The translations under genes were made by a program, and so were the position numbers. A stretch of 37,044 nucleotides of DNA. It comes from Sarea resinae (lineage: Eukaryota). The stretch spans positions 682,001 to 719,044 of the forward strand of contig JAPEUD010000003.1 of assembly GCA_026026165.1 (NCBI GenBank). The letters are read 5' to 3'. The notes below the pieces were generated by a model. The model saw nothing but the letters and a program-made list of their open reading frames with translations. It made no database searches and was not told the DNA's origin. Shown here one piece after another: positions 21,901-32,946 of this stretch (its first letter is position 1; each line of letters starts with the position of its first letter).

Positions 21901-24441
21901 CATGTCTTCAGGGACCAGGGGCAGAAGGTACTCGGACTAGCGGGTCCCGGGACCGACTAAGAGGGCCGACAACGCTCAAAAAGGGTACGCTTCGCACACG
22001 ATTAGGCCTTTTTGATTCAAGCGACCAGAACGTGGCGATGAAGGGTCAAATTTAGAGTAGTCCCCAAACGAGATTGTTATTATCGTCGCACAAAGACCCC
22101 CGGACTGACCCAGGACTGACCCAAGGATGGCGATTAGCAATGCTCGTCGCGGACGACTCGCTTGAAGTCGCCTCCTTCTGGTAGAGGGGTCGGTCAGCCA
22201 TGCTTCCTCTTTCCGCAGATCATCACTCGGCTGAATCTCCGGCTACCGGAGATCATGCAGGGCGTCGGCAGAGGCTTTCGTTCGCTCGAAGCCCCCAGTC
22301 GACTCGCTGTTGTACTCCGTACCTCGAGGAACGAAAGCAAAGCATATGTAACGAAGTACTCGAGCATGGAGACAAGTGGAGGAAACTTTCGGCAGTTGTC
22401 CCGCCGCCACGGCTAGAAAATTCCAGAAAATTAACCAGTCCAAATCATTCTGAACGTCGTCCTGACAAGTCTCCGTCCCCCAAAACCAAAATCAATCCCG
22501 ATACATAGGATCAAGATCCACCTGTTGCTACTACATAGTACTCTGCACCCTGGCGTCTTTCAGCATCTATCTTTCCGACCGTTCCTCTGCATTTTTCCGC
22601 TTACCCGCCCGTTCTTCCGCTGCAGGGCAGTGCTTTCAGGGATGCGAGAAGGGATGCGAGACGGGTTGCGCACGGGCCCCTCGACAGTCTTTATACCCGA
22701 CGCAATGATACGTAATTTCCGGATCACTGACCACTGCAAGGCGAAGTGACAGCTTCACATCTAATATCAGGTAGCTTGGTGAGCCGTGAGCCCAAGCATT
22801 ATTGCTAAGTCTTTCTATGAGATTGCTGCCGCCTGGTAGAGGCAGGCTTCTGAAACGCCTAATGCTTTCTCATCTCATGTGTTTAGACGGATTGAGCAGA
22901 TATCGTGTCTCGGGTGGATGCCGAGAGTCGACGATCTCATTTACTGTCAACGTCTGGGGTTGTGGGATAACTGTTTACTTTCCTTCGACTCGCCTCAGGC
23001 ACGGTCTATGATAGATAAGATGAAAGCTTCCTCGGAAGGAATAGTCTTTCCGGGCCTTTCGTCGCATGTCGAATAGGCTCCAGAAAATGCTCGGCGCTGA
23101 TGTTCACCAAGCCGCAGCAAGGTGTGACGCTATCAATTGACTGCATACGCATCACCACCGGCCGTCGGGGAATAATTCGATTTGCGTGCGGGAGTGTCAC
23201 GTCCCCGGTACCAACAGGATGTGGTAGATTGTACTACGTAATATACCGTTGCCCAGCGGCCAGTATCGTTTACTGCCAAGTCTCTTCTCTCACTCTCTTC
23301 GAGATCGCAGGAGGTCAGGATGCAGTACCACAACGGGTTGAGCTATTGACATGGCATGCTCTCCAAGGCTATCTAGAGTGTTGGCCTATGAGACCGTTCG
23401 TGGTATTGTTGGTGGCCAGTCTATGTGCCGTCTCGCTATCTGGCCTACTATTAACACTCCCGCCAGGTACGCCGTGACTATGGCATCACGACCGCTATAT
23501 TTACCTGGGCAAGTAGTATAATTACACTATCCTCTGCATTTCTAGAGGCGGTCCCTTCTATATCTGAGACTTATGGGATGTCGTGCTGGAGTATTAGGCC
23601 ACTTTGCTTGCTTCGATGGTTTTCGCGATGACGGGCGGAGGGGGGGAGGCGTACGCAGACTTCTGGCCAGGAGATATAAAACCCTTATAGGGACGCCAAT
23701 GAAAAATGAGCTTGCCTTGTGCTCTACTTAGATCATGAAAAGAGGCTTTCCTCATTGTTTGAATATGTGCATAGGATTCGAAAGGGCTTCAGGGAACATT
23801 ATATTTGCGCTAGTCATCTGCTAGATAACCTGCATTGAATTATTTTGATCCGCAAGAAACGTAAGCAAGACTCGAAAACTGCTATGGCTATTGATTGCTC
23901 TTTTGTAACTCACCGTCGAAAATACAATAACACACCCACATATATATAAAAATATATGCATACGAAGTACGCCTTTAAAGACATGCTGTATCTATTCAAT
24001 GACAATTTATGCGAGCTCATGCGGCTAGATTGAATATTGCAGTATCCATGAGTCCTGGAAATTGTTATATTACTTCCATTTTTACTCTGCTTTTGAATTT
24101 GCGAAATTGATGCGTTGACAAGAAGCCATGCAATACCTTATCACAGATCCTCAAGGCGGTGAGGCGAAGTTACGTGTTGATTGGGTGGCTAAGACCTCTG
24201 ATCGTGTCGCGAAAGAGCGGTACCTTCCGCAACTCGACCGCATCTCTTTAGCACTGCAATCAACATTCAAGTGAATTCGTCCCTTCTGACATCAATAGAG
24301 TTCTATTATTGCGGACCGCACGGCGTAATAGTGAGGCTCATCTCTGCTCGCAACCGATATTGATCTCCATCATCCTATTCTCATAGCAAGGCGGCTCTCA
24401 TCAGCCCGAGCGACTAGGCGAGTTCTGGGATAGGACCGAAG

Positions 24442-27400
24442 ATGGATGATTCAACGCGGTCATCAAAGCGGCGGAGGACTGGTGTCTATGGCAAGCCGAA
24501 ACGCCTTTCGAGTCTCGCTTCTCTTCATTTCGATGAAGAAGAAGATGAAGAAGCAGACAACAGGCTTTTACGAGAAACCTTTGTTCGGGACGACCCAGTG
24601 CCACACCATGGCGGATTTCCTCCCAGTCGGAATTCCTTCGTCCATACTATCCAATTGTCACATCCCGAGTCTGAAGAGAATCTGCACGAAGAGAGTGAAT
24701 CCTTGTCAGCAACCTTTTCGAATGAACGTAATTCTCATAGCTCTAAGACTGATTTGAACGGAGCTGCCCGTTTGGCGCTATCATTATCCTCTCAAAAACA
24801 TACGCGGGACGCACCGGATGCATTGGAGCATGAGTCGCCGAACGAGCAAATTATTCAAGCTCTCAATGGTGTTTCTACAACAGAGCGAAGCACTACACCG
24901 CCGGGTATACCTTCGACGAAAGCTCTGGCGTTGTTAGATCAGGGTCTAGCCGTAGGAACCCCTAAAGAAGCTCCTGAGAAACGCAAACGTGGACGTCCAC
25001 GCAAATACCCCAAACTTGAAGATGGTTCTGCTTCGAGAAGTGTGAAAGGAAACCGAGAACAAGACGGAATTGTTGCTATAGTGGAATCGAAACGTGGACA
25101 TAGTAGAGGCAGACCACGGAAGTCAGCAAATCTCTTAGAGAGCACCGATCAAGGAATCGAACCGGAGACTGGCCACTTGAACGCTCCTGGAACGAATGGC
25201 GCCGCAGGTAGACTGTCAGAGGATGCCAAGAGTGTCGATGAGGTAGAGGGAAGCGCAGCAGTTCCTGCGACTCAAACACCAGGGAAGCAGATTATGGCCG
25301 ACATAACGCCTACCATACGGCTTGGTGAGGAAGAAAGCCAACTTCCACGATCAAGTGGTCGAGAACGACGGAAACCACGCACCTACTCCCCTGAAGTCAA
25401 TTCAGCGCCACCGAAAACGGTTGCTACCTCATTAACGAGGCCAAATCTACGCACGCCGAGGACCGTTTTCATCTCTGGACAACGGGCAGAATATGATGCA
25501 GATCGGGTGTTTAATCCCGACGATCTGCCCTCAGACCCAATCGACGCGACAAAGCCCAAGGCTTCGGGACTACGGGAACATCGTTCAGCGTCACCTGAAG
25601 GAGTCATTCGGCTTGAACAGCGCCCGCTGCAAGACCATGGCACTCACGAAGAGGATGAGTTGGGTCTGACGGATAACCCTGATGCGAACCATCACAAAGA
25701 CGGGCTTGATGCGTCCCTTTTGGAAGGTCCGGCACCACCGAAGAGAAAGCGGGGAAGGCCTCCCAAACAACGGATAGTGCAGACCAACTGGAGTAGTAAA
25801 AGGAATAGCTTGGACCTTGTGAACGATAATGCCGAAAGCAGTGTGGGACATGCGCCCGAGCTCTCGTCGATGGGAAGGTCCTCTCTAGCATCTAGTACGG
25901 TTAACGGCACCTCGGAACCACCAAGGAAAAAGCGCGGAAGACCTCCGAAACAACGTCTCGTGTCATCGACAACGCCGTTTGAGACGAATACAACCCTTTC
26001 AGATACTAGCCGAATAATGGAACCGGCCGAAGAGCCTGCTGATATCGAAGATACATTCAACCTCCGGAGTCTACTCAGATCTGACCTTCCTGAAGATATG
26101 CTTGCTCTTCAACTGCACGCAGTCAAGAACGTCGTGCTCCAGAAAATCACAGGAAAGCGGCGCACCCCGTTAATAGGTCTGGACGATGAATACTCGAAAG
26201 TGCAACAAGTGGTGTCAAACACGGTCATCGCAGGTGAAGGCAATTCGATGCTTTTGATTGGAGCGCGAGGCACGGCCAAAAGTATGCTTGTCGAGACGGT
26301 AATTGACGATCTGAAGGGGGATGCAGACAATGATGATTTTTATGTTGTCAGGCTCAATGGCTTCATTCAGACGGATGATAAGCTGGCGCTGAGAGAAATT
26401 TGGAGACAGTTGGGGAAGGAGATGGACGTTGAGGACGATATGGGTCGAAAGGTAAAAGAACCAGTATCTTAGGATCATCATTCAGACGCTAACGCAATAA
26501 CAATCAGACAACCAACTACGCTGACACGCTCGCCTCCCTACTCGCCCTCCTCTCGCACCCGGCCGAACTCACCAACGGTGAGACTCAAACACAAGACGAC
26601 GCCACCGTTTCCTCCAAATCTATCGTCTTCCTCCTCTCCGAATTCGACCTCTTCGCTTCCCATCCACGCCAAACCCTCCTTTACAACTTATTTGACATTG
26701 CGCAGTCCCGGAAAGCACCCATTGCTGTCCTCGGAATGACGACGAGGGTTGATGTTGTTGAAATGTTGGAGAAGAGAGTCAAGAGCCGCTTTGGCCACAG
26801 AGTTGTCTTTTTCGGGCCGGCGAGGAGCTTGAACGGTTTCTGGGAGGCAGGGAGAAGTGCGCTAACGGTCGGGGAGGAGGAGTTGTACAGTTCCCAATGT
26901 GCGAGTGATTCCGAGGATCGCGACGTCCTGAAGGACGAGGATGGGTTGAGGTTTGTGGATGCTTGGGGAAAGATGATCGAGGTATGTTTCCCCATCCTGT
27001 GACTTGGCTTTATCATTTCACTATACGACGCACATAAAATCTGGAAACAAAGCAAGACTAACATCACACGCAGCATCTCCCCACCACTCCGGCTTTCTCA
27101 ACTCACCTCCGCCGCACTTACACCCAAACGAAATCCATCCCGGCCCTCCTGACCTCGTTCCTTACCCCGCTCTCTTCGCTCTCTCCCTCTTCCCTCTCAC
27201 TCGCCTCCATCTTCGCCCGGATACCAACCCCCCGGCACCTCCTCCAACCACCAGACTCCAACCTCCATATGCTGCCCTCGCTCTCTGACCTCGAGCTTTC
27301 GCTCCTAATCGCCGCCGCCCGTCTGGACATCCTTACAGGCAGCAGCCTCGTCACGTACGAGATGGCGTATGCCGAGTACGTATCGCTGGCCTCGCGCGCG

Positions 27401-27721
27401 CGCGTGTCGGCGTCTTCCTCCACGATGGCCACATCGTCTTCTCTGGCTACCGCCGCCGCCGCCACAGGCATCCGCGTCTGGGGCCGGGACGTGGCCGTTG
27501 GCGCGTGGGAGAGTCTCGGGCGGTGCGGTCTTCTCGTGCCCGCGGGCGTGGCGTCGTACGGTTCTAGTGGTGGTGGGATTGCTGGTGGCGGCCAGCAGGG
27601 TGTCAAGGGCGGTGGGGCCGGCGTTTGGAGGGTCGATGTTGCGTTGGAGGAGATTGCGCCGAGTTTCTCGGCGAGCGGTGGGTTGAGTGGGTGGATGGCG
27701 AGGTGGTGTCGTGAGTTGTGA
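24442..27721 (+). CDS. ORC4: Origin recognition complex subunit 4 with long AT-hook N-terminal extension, about 1043 aa, 3 exons
   Basis: Exons 24442-26451, 26508-26981, 27074-27721; introns 26452-26507 and 26982-27073 are GT..CTAAC..CAG. Orc4 motifs: [108 protein letters not shown]. Confidence 0.95.
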
Positions 27722-27880
27722 GCAGTGAGCCGTCTTCTTGTTTTGGTGGGAGTGAGCGGTGATTATATGGGATGTGGAAACGGAAAGGAACGGGAAAGAA
27801 AGGAAAGGGAAGAGAAAAGGCAAAAAAAGGGAAAAAAGGGAAGGCCGTGCTGGTGATTACCCTATGGATCGAGCCTGGCA

Positions 27881-27990
27881 GCATTAGCATTAGCATTAGC
27901 ATCAGCATCACTATCACTATCACTACCACCATCACCATCACCATCACCATCACCATCATCATCATCATCATCCCCATTATCACCATCACC
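27881..27990. repeat. Compound microsatellite (AGCATT)/(ATCACT)/(ACCATC)/(ATC)
   Basis: Read directly; hexamer units grade into one another by single-base changes. Confidence 0.9.
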
Positions 27991-28142
27991 GTATCTCGGC
28001 TACCTGACGTACCTACGGTAGCTAACTAGCTACCCAGCTAGCTAGTATCTATTCATCCATCACCCGCCTGCCTGCCTAGTACCCGAACACAAAACGCCCC
28101 CTACAATGGAGTAGCTAGTGATGGCAGTAACGCTCGCCCCTT

Positions 28143-28280
28143 TCGCTCTCGCTCTCGCTCTCGCTCTCACTCTCGCTCGCCTGACCAGACCACAAGGAAA
28201 GAGAAGGAAAGGAAAGGAAAGCAAAGGAAAGGAGATGAAAGGAAACGAGTGGAAAGGAAAGGAAAGGAGATGAAAGGGAG
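28143..28280. repeat. (TCGCTC)n followed by purine-rich (GGAAA)n-like repeat
   Basis: Read directly. Confidence 0.85.
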
Positions 28281-28959
28281 TGAATAGAAATAAAGAGATG
28301 ATTTAACACGTCCTTGAGAGGAAAAAAAGCATAGGTCGTATCGCACTCTCGTAACCCCGTGGGCCCCGTGGGGACGAAATCAATGGATGGACGGATGAAC
28401 AGATAGATAGGTAGATGGATAAGCAGATAGATAAGTAGATTGATACATCTATTCCCCACTTCTACTCTTCTCCTCCTCGTCATCTACATACATACATAGC
28501 TACACCACCTACATCACCCACCCCACATACCTGATCCGGCGTGACAGCGTAAGCATGTAGGTGTGATGCCCCCCCCCCCCCAAAATAGAAGAACAGGGGA
28601 AAGCAGGGGGGAAGAAGAAAACAAACAAACAAATGGACGGAGAACGAAGAACACAGATGCATGGCCTGAGGATATGGAAAGGAGGAAGACACTCAAGAGG
28701 GGAAAAAGGAGAAGAAGAGAGAGAGAGAGAGAGGGGAAGAGAGAAGGAAGGATTTAATACACAACGGCTTTGGCTTTGACGCCAGCCGCATCATTCGAAC
28801 AATATCTCTGCGCCGCTGCTTTCTTCTTCTTCTCCCCCCTTCGCTCGTGCATGCATGCAGGCGGGCGTTGCAGGCATGCTTGCACTTGAGTGCACACAGA
28901 CTTGATGCAACACAACAAATCAATCAACCAACCATTCAGCCAACCAATTAATTAGTCAA

Positions 28960-31467
28960 TCAATCAACCTTCCCGTTCGTCCCGCCACTCCCGCCCAACC
29001 CGCCCAGACCCCCAAGGCCACCCAACAACCCCTCCTTGCCATCCAACTGGAAGAAGCCCCCTGTCGAAGAACCGCCCCCGTTCCCACCGAGTCCACTACC
29101 GCCGGCACCCCCGAGTCCGGCAAACCCGCCCCTGCCTCTTCTGATCCTCGTACGGCCCAGGAGTGCCAGACCGATGACCAGCCCGACCAACACGCCTAGA
29201 GAGATCCACGGGTGCGCGCCCGTCGCGCGTCGCAGGATGAGGAAGAGTCGTTCGAGGGACGTGGATGTGGATTTGGGTTTCAGCTTCGGTGGGTTGGCGA
29301 TCAACTTCGGGAGCGTCTCCAGGATCGCCGTTCGGGATGGCATGATGTAGTTGCCGGTTATTGTTTGGTCCCAGTAGTGGCGATTCTGCCAAAGGATGGT
29401 ATTAGTATATACTTCTTAGATGTGGAAATAAAGCGGAGAACAGAGACGGGGGAAGAGGAAGAAAAGAGGAGACGCGGAAAGACATACATCTTCATCGTTG
29501 ATGATGACCCTCTCGCCATCCTTGACATCGACACCATAAGTCGTCCGGATCCAGCGTTCCCAAAACACACCATCCACCCAAGCAAATCCGACCTCTTTCC
29601 GATCAGTCTCGTCCATATTAATCCGAATGCTCTTTGCAGCCCTCAATGCTCGCTGATCATTGCGGTCCTCGGCCTCCTCAATACGAAGCTGTTTCGCGTC
29701 GCGCAGTTCCTGGCGTTCGAGCTGGTACGCCTGGGTTTGCTTGTCCATCCACTCGAGTGCCGCGTTCTTGATCTCGCGTTTCGCGGAGATAAACTCGTTT
29801 TGTCGGGCGCGGCTTAGGATGCCGAGAACGACGAGCTTGCCATCCATGATCTCGCGCGAGTTTGAAGCCGTGAGTTCGGGGACGACGGGAAGCCAAACCG
29901 ATTGCATCCAAGAGAGCACCTTGCGGAAATCACGCATGTCCTTTGGAGCGAGGACGGAGTAGTAAGTCGGTCTGCCATCACGAGTCACGAGGAGACGAGG
30001 CCAAGTAGAAATCTTGAACCTGTCGGCGAGCATGGCGCTACTGGTTTTCACAAGCTTGGCGTGCCCAATGAGACTCAAAGTCAAACGTTCGAGGGCTTGG
30101 AAGTCCTCGGTCGTGGTGGCGTGGTCGTAGAAGTAGACGAAGATGACGTCTTCCGTCTTTTCCATTTCGGCGAGCTCAACAGCGTCGACGTCTCGTACGC
30201 CGTCGCCAATATCGATGGTCTTCTCAGCGAAGCTGATCAAGTCTCCTAGGCCGCGGAGGCCGTCATACTCAACTCGCTCTCCGCCGCGGAAGAAAAACAT
30301 CGTGGGGTACCCCTTTAGGCGGACGTCTTTGCAAAGTCGAGTCTCGACATCACAATTGACCTCCCCAATGTTCACTTTACCCTTCATCTCTCGAGCCATT
30401 TCAGCCCAGTTTGGAGCCATGGCTTGACAGTGGTGACACCATGGGGCATAGAACTTGACGAACCACGGATCTTGCGTGGTAGTCACAAGAGACTGGAAGG
30501 ACTCGGCAGAAAGAGGGACTGACGTCCCTAGCGGATTCGGTGTAGCCTTTGACCTTGACACTTCGGATCCGACTTTGGTCCCCTTCGGAGTGTGTGTGTT
30601 ATCAGACGCCAATGCAGCTGCCTGCTGATTCTGCTTCGAACCAGCCGCAGCTCCACCAGCAACGTCTTTATCCTTCGCCGCCGGCTTATCTGGCTTCGCA
30701 GCAGGATCTACCCCCTTTGCTCCAACCTTGGGTAGCACGACACCTTCTTTCGGTCGAGAACCAGGTCGGATTGATTCCAGTGTGTCTTCTACAAACGCGC
30801 TAAAGCCAGCAAGATCCCTACTGCCATCATATCGCTTGACAAATTGCCCGTCCTTGAAAAGAAGAATCGTGGGGAAGCTCTGAACGTCGTGGGCGGAGCA
30901 TGCCGTTCCAAATGCGACACAGTTTAGCTTTGCGAAGTTAAAGTTATAGTATCGATGGAATGAGTTGAGAGACGATTCGGTATCTGCTGACTGTGGCGCT
31001 GATGGAACAGGCTTTGAGGTCTTCAAAAATTAGCGTTGCGCAGAATTCTGGGGAGAGAATCGGGCATACGTAGTAGTATTCGTAGAGGGTCTGCCACGTA
31101 GGCGCCAGCTCTTTGCAATGTGCACAGTATGGGGAATAATGCTCCACAAGCCTGGAAACATATCAGCACGTGGAGACTGGAACCAGTACTTGGAAGCGTG
31201 TTGGGGATCATCATCATCATCATCATCATCGGTGTCTTACCAGTAGCCGTCCTTCGTTTCATCGTCGAACTTGTCCCCATTAATCTCTTTCATAGGTGGG
31301 ACCTCAACGCCATTGAATGTGGTACTCTTTGGAGTATCGTCTGCTTGTCCGCTGGTGTTTTTTGCAACCGCATCCGCTCTTGATGATAAAGCCGCTTCTG
31401 GAGGAGGCGCGGCGAAGACGGGCGATAAGGCGAGGTAAAGGAGGGTCGTAGGCAAGAGTAACCGCAT
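28960..31467 (-). CDS. ER membrane protein disulfide isomerase-like thioredoxin-domain protein (Eps1-like), about 755 aa, 4 exons
   Basis: Exons 31467-31241, 31151-31070, 31020-29488, 29385-28960; introns 31240-31152, 31069-31021 (AAG acceptor) and 29487-29386. Signal peptide MRLLLPTTLLYLALSPVFA, two thioredoxin sites (YSPYCAHC, FYAPWCHHC), a C-terminal TM helix (WISLGVLVGLVIGLALLG) and a tail ending GKVD. Confidence 0.92.
31208..31230. repeat. (ATC)n microsatellite inside intron 1 of the PDI-like gene
   Basis: Read directly; lies between donor 31240 and acceptor 31152. Confidence 0.9.
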
Positions 31468-32104
31468 GATGGAAGCAAGCACCACGATACACCAGTCTGC
31501 ACCTCAGCAGACGGGTGTTCAATCCACTTGAGCTCTTGAACCGCTCCGACGACCTGAGGGCTCAGACGTAGCTGAAGGGGGCCACCCTGAGAACGAAACG
31601 AGGCGAGGCGAGGCGCGCGAGACCTGGCGGTTCTCCGTCAAAGTAGGATGGGGTGAGGCTGGAAAGACGACGAGTAGGGTGGGCGGTGATCTCCAAAGCT
31701 TGCTGTAAGGGTTCTATCAACGAATGTAGTTGTGCTTCTGCTTATTCCAAGTCGATCATCATTGCCCCTTGGAGTCGTATACGAGTACGAGCCGGTGTTG
31801 AATTGGAGACGGATTCGTATTCGCGTGGTCGCTTCTTCGACCAATCATGGATGGAAATACGTCTGTAGTACAGGCAATGAATGATGAGCACCATCAGTTG
31901 AGCCGCATCTCCAGGAACTACGGCGTACTGGTCCGATACTACTCGGTACTCTACCATCACGGCCATCATCTGGATATCTGCAACGCCCGGCCATCAAGCA
32001 CCTCGCCGCTGCAAGATTCGCTGCTCTTCATCACGAAGATCAATCTTCTCTTCAATTGACCACGTCGACGCGTTCCGAGGCCCCCGCTCACCCTTGCCGC
32101 CACG
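31468..32104. promoter_or_regulatory. Shared divergent promoter region (637 bp) of the PDI-like and NDUFA5 genes
   Basis: Head-to-head start codons at 31467 (-) and 32105 (+); promoter function is inferred from geometry. Confidence 0.6.
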
Positions 32105-32946
32105 ATGCGCGCAGCTTCCCGTCTCCTCGCCAGCGTCAAGGGCGCACGCTTCCTGGAGCCGAATAGCCCCACGGGCCTCACTGGTCTCTTCACCCATCCC
32201 GCCCCCCGCTCAGCCCTTATCTACACTTATAGTTTGACCCTCGACAAGCTCAAAGCCTTCCCAGAGTCGTCGGCATATCGAACGTCGACCGAGGGTTTGA
32301 CGCAACACCGCCTGAGCATTGTCGAGTCCGTTAAGCCGGAGGGATACGAAGCCTGGGCCGAGAGAGCGAAGAAGCTTGTTTCTCGCAATCCCGAGACCTT
32401 CACAACCTGGGACGGTGCTCTCACTACCAAAAGCACCTATGAGGGACGAACCTTTGTGACTACTGAGATGCAGGAAGTGCCGGACGAGAGGGTGGAGGAG
32501 TGGAATGGAGAAATTGTTTTACCGCCAGTAGAGGGTACCAGGACGACCGCAGCTCGGGCGGATCAGAAAGACCTCGGCGGACGCAAGACCGAAGACTTGA
32601 AGAAGGTCGCCTGGGAGCCAGAGCCCCCACTCACTGCGGATCAGTATGTCTCCTGTTCGGTGATGACAAATATGAATCCTAATATCCATGTAGAATCTCG
32701 GAGCTCGAGAACCAGATTGGTGCGGGTTTGATCGAGGAGGTGATTCAAGTGGCAGAAGGAGAGCTCAAACTTGTGAGTGAGCTGGAAAAGTATCAAGTGT
32801 AAGTCTTCTTGCCCGTCGATGAATGATCTAGAGGCAGCTAACCGACATTATTATTCAGGTGGGAAGAGCTCGCTGAGAAACCAGTTGAGGGTCAATGGAC
32901 TTACTTTGAGCGAGACACACATACCAAGAAGACTCAGGCACCATAA
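32105..32946 (+). CDS. NDUFA5: NADH:ubiquinone oxidoreductase 29.9-kDa subunit (NDUFA5/B13 family), about 243 aa, 3 exons
   Basis: Exons 32105-32643, 32694-32798, 32859-32946; introns 32644-32693 and 32799-32858 are GT..AG. Mitochondrial presequence-like MRAASRLLASVK; motifs PTGLTGLFTHPAPR, FPESSAYRTSTE, EPEPPLTADQISELENQIGAGLIEEVIQVAEGE and WEELAEKPVEGQWTYFER. Confidence 0.95.

Noticed and set aside
27603..28029. Met/Val/Ile-rich membrane-like ORFs
   Set aside because: Products of the compound hexamer microsatellite in the 3' spacer.
468..32946. Idea that the seven genes form a functional cluster or novel pathway
   Set aside because: Functions are unrelated (signalling, elongation, replication, ER folding, respiration); nothing suggests co-regulation beyond ordinary synteny. 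No transposase, RT, LTR/TIR or biosynthetic backbone gene seen.
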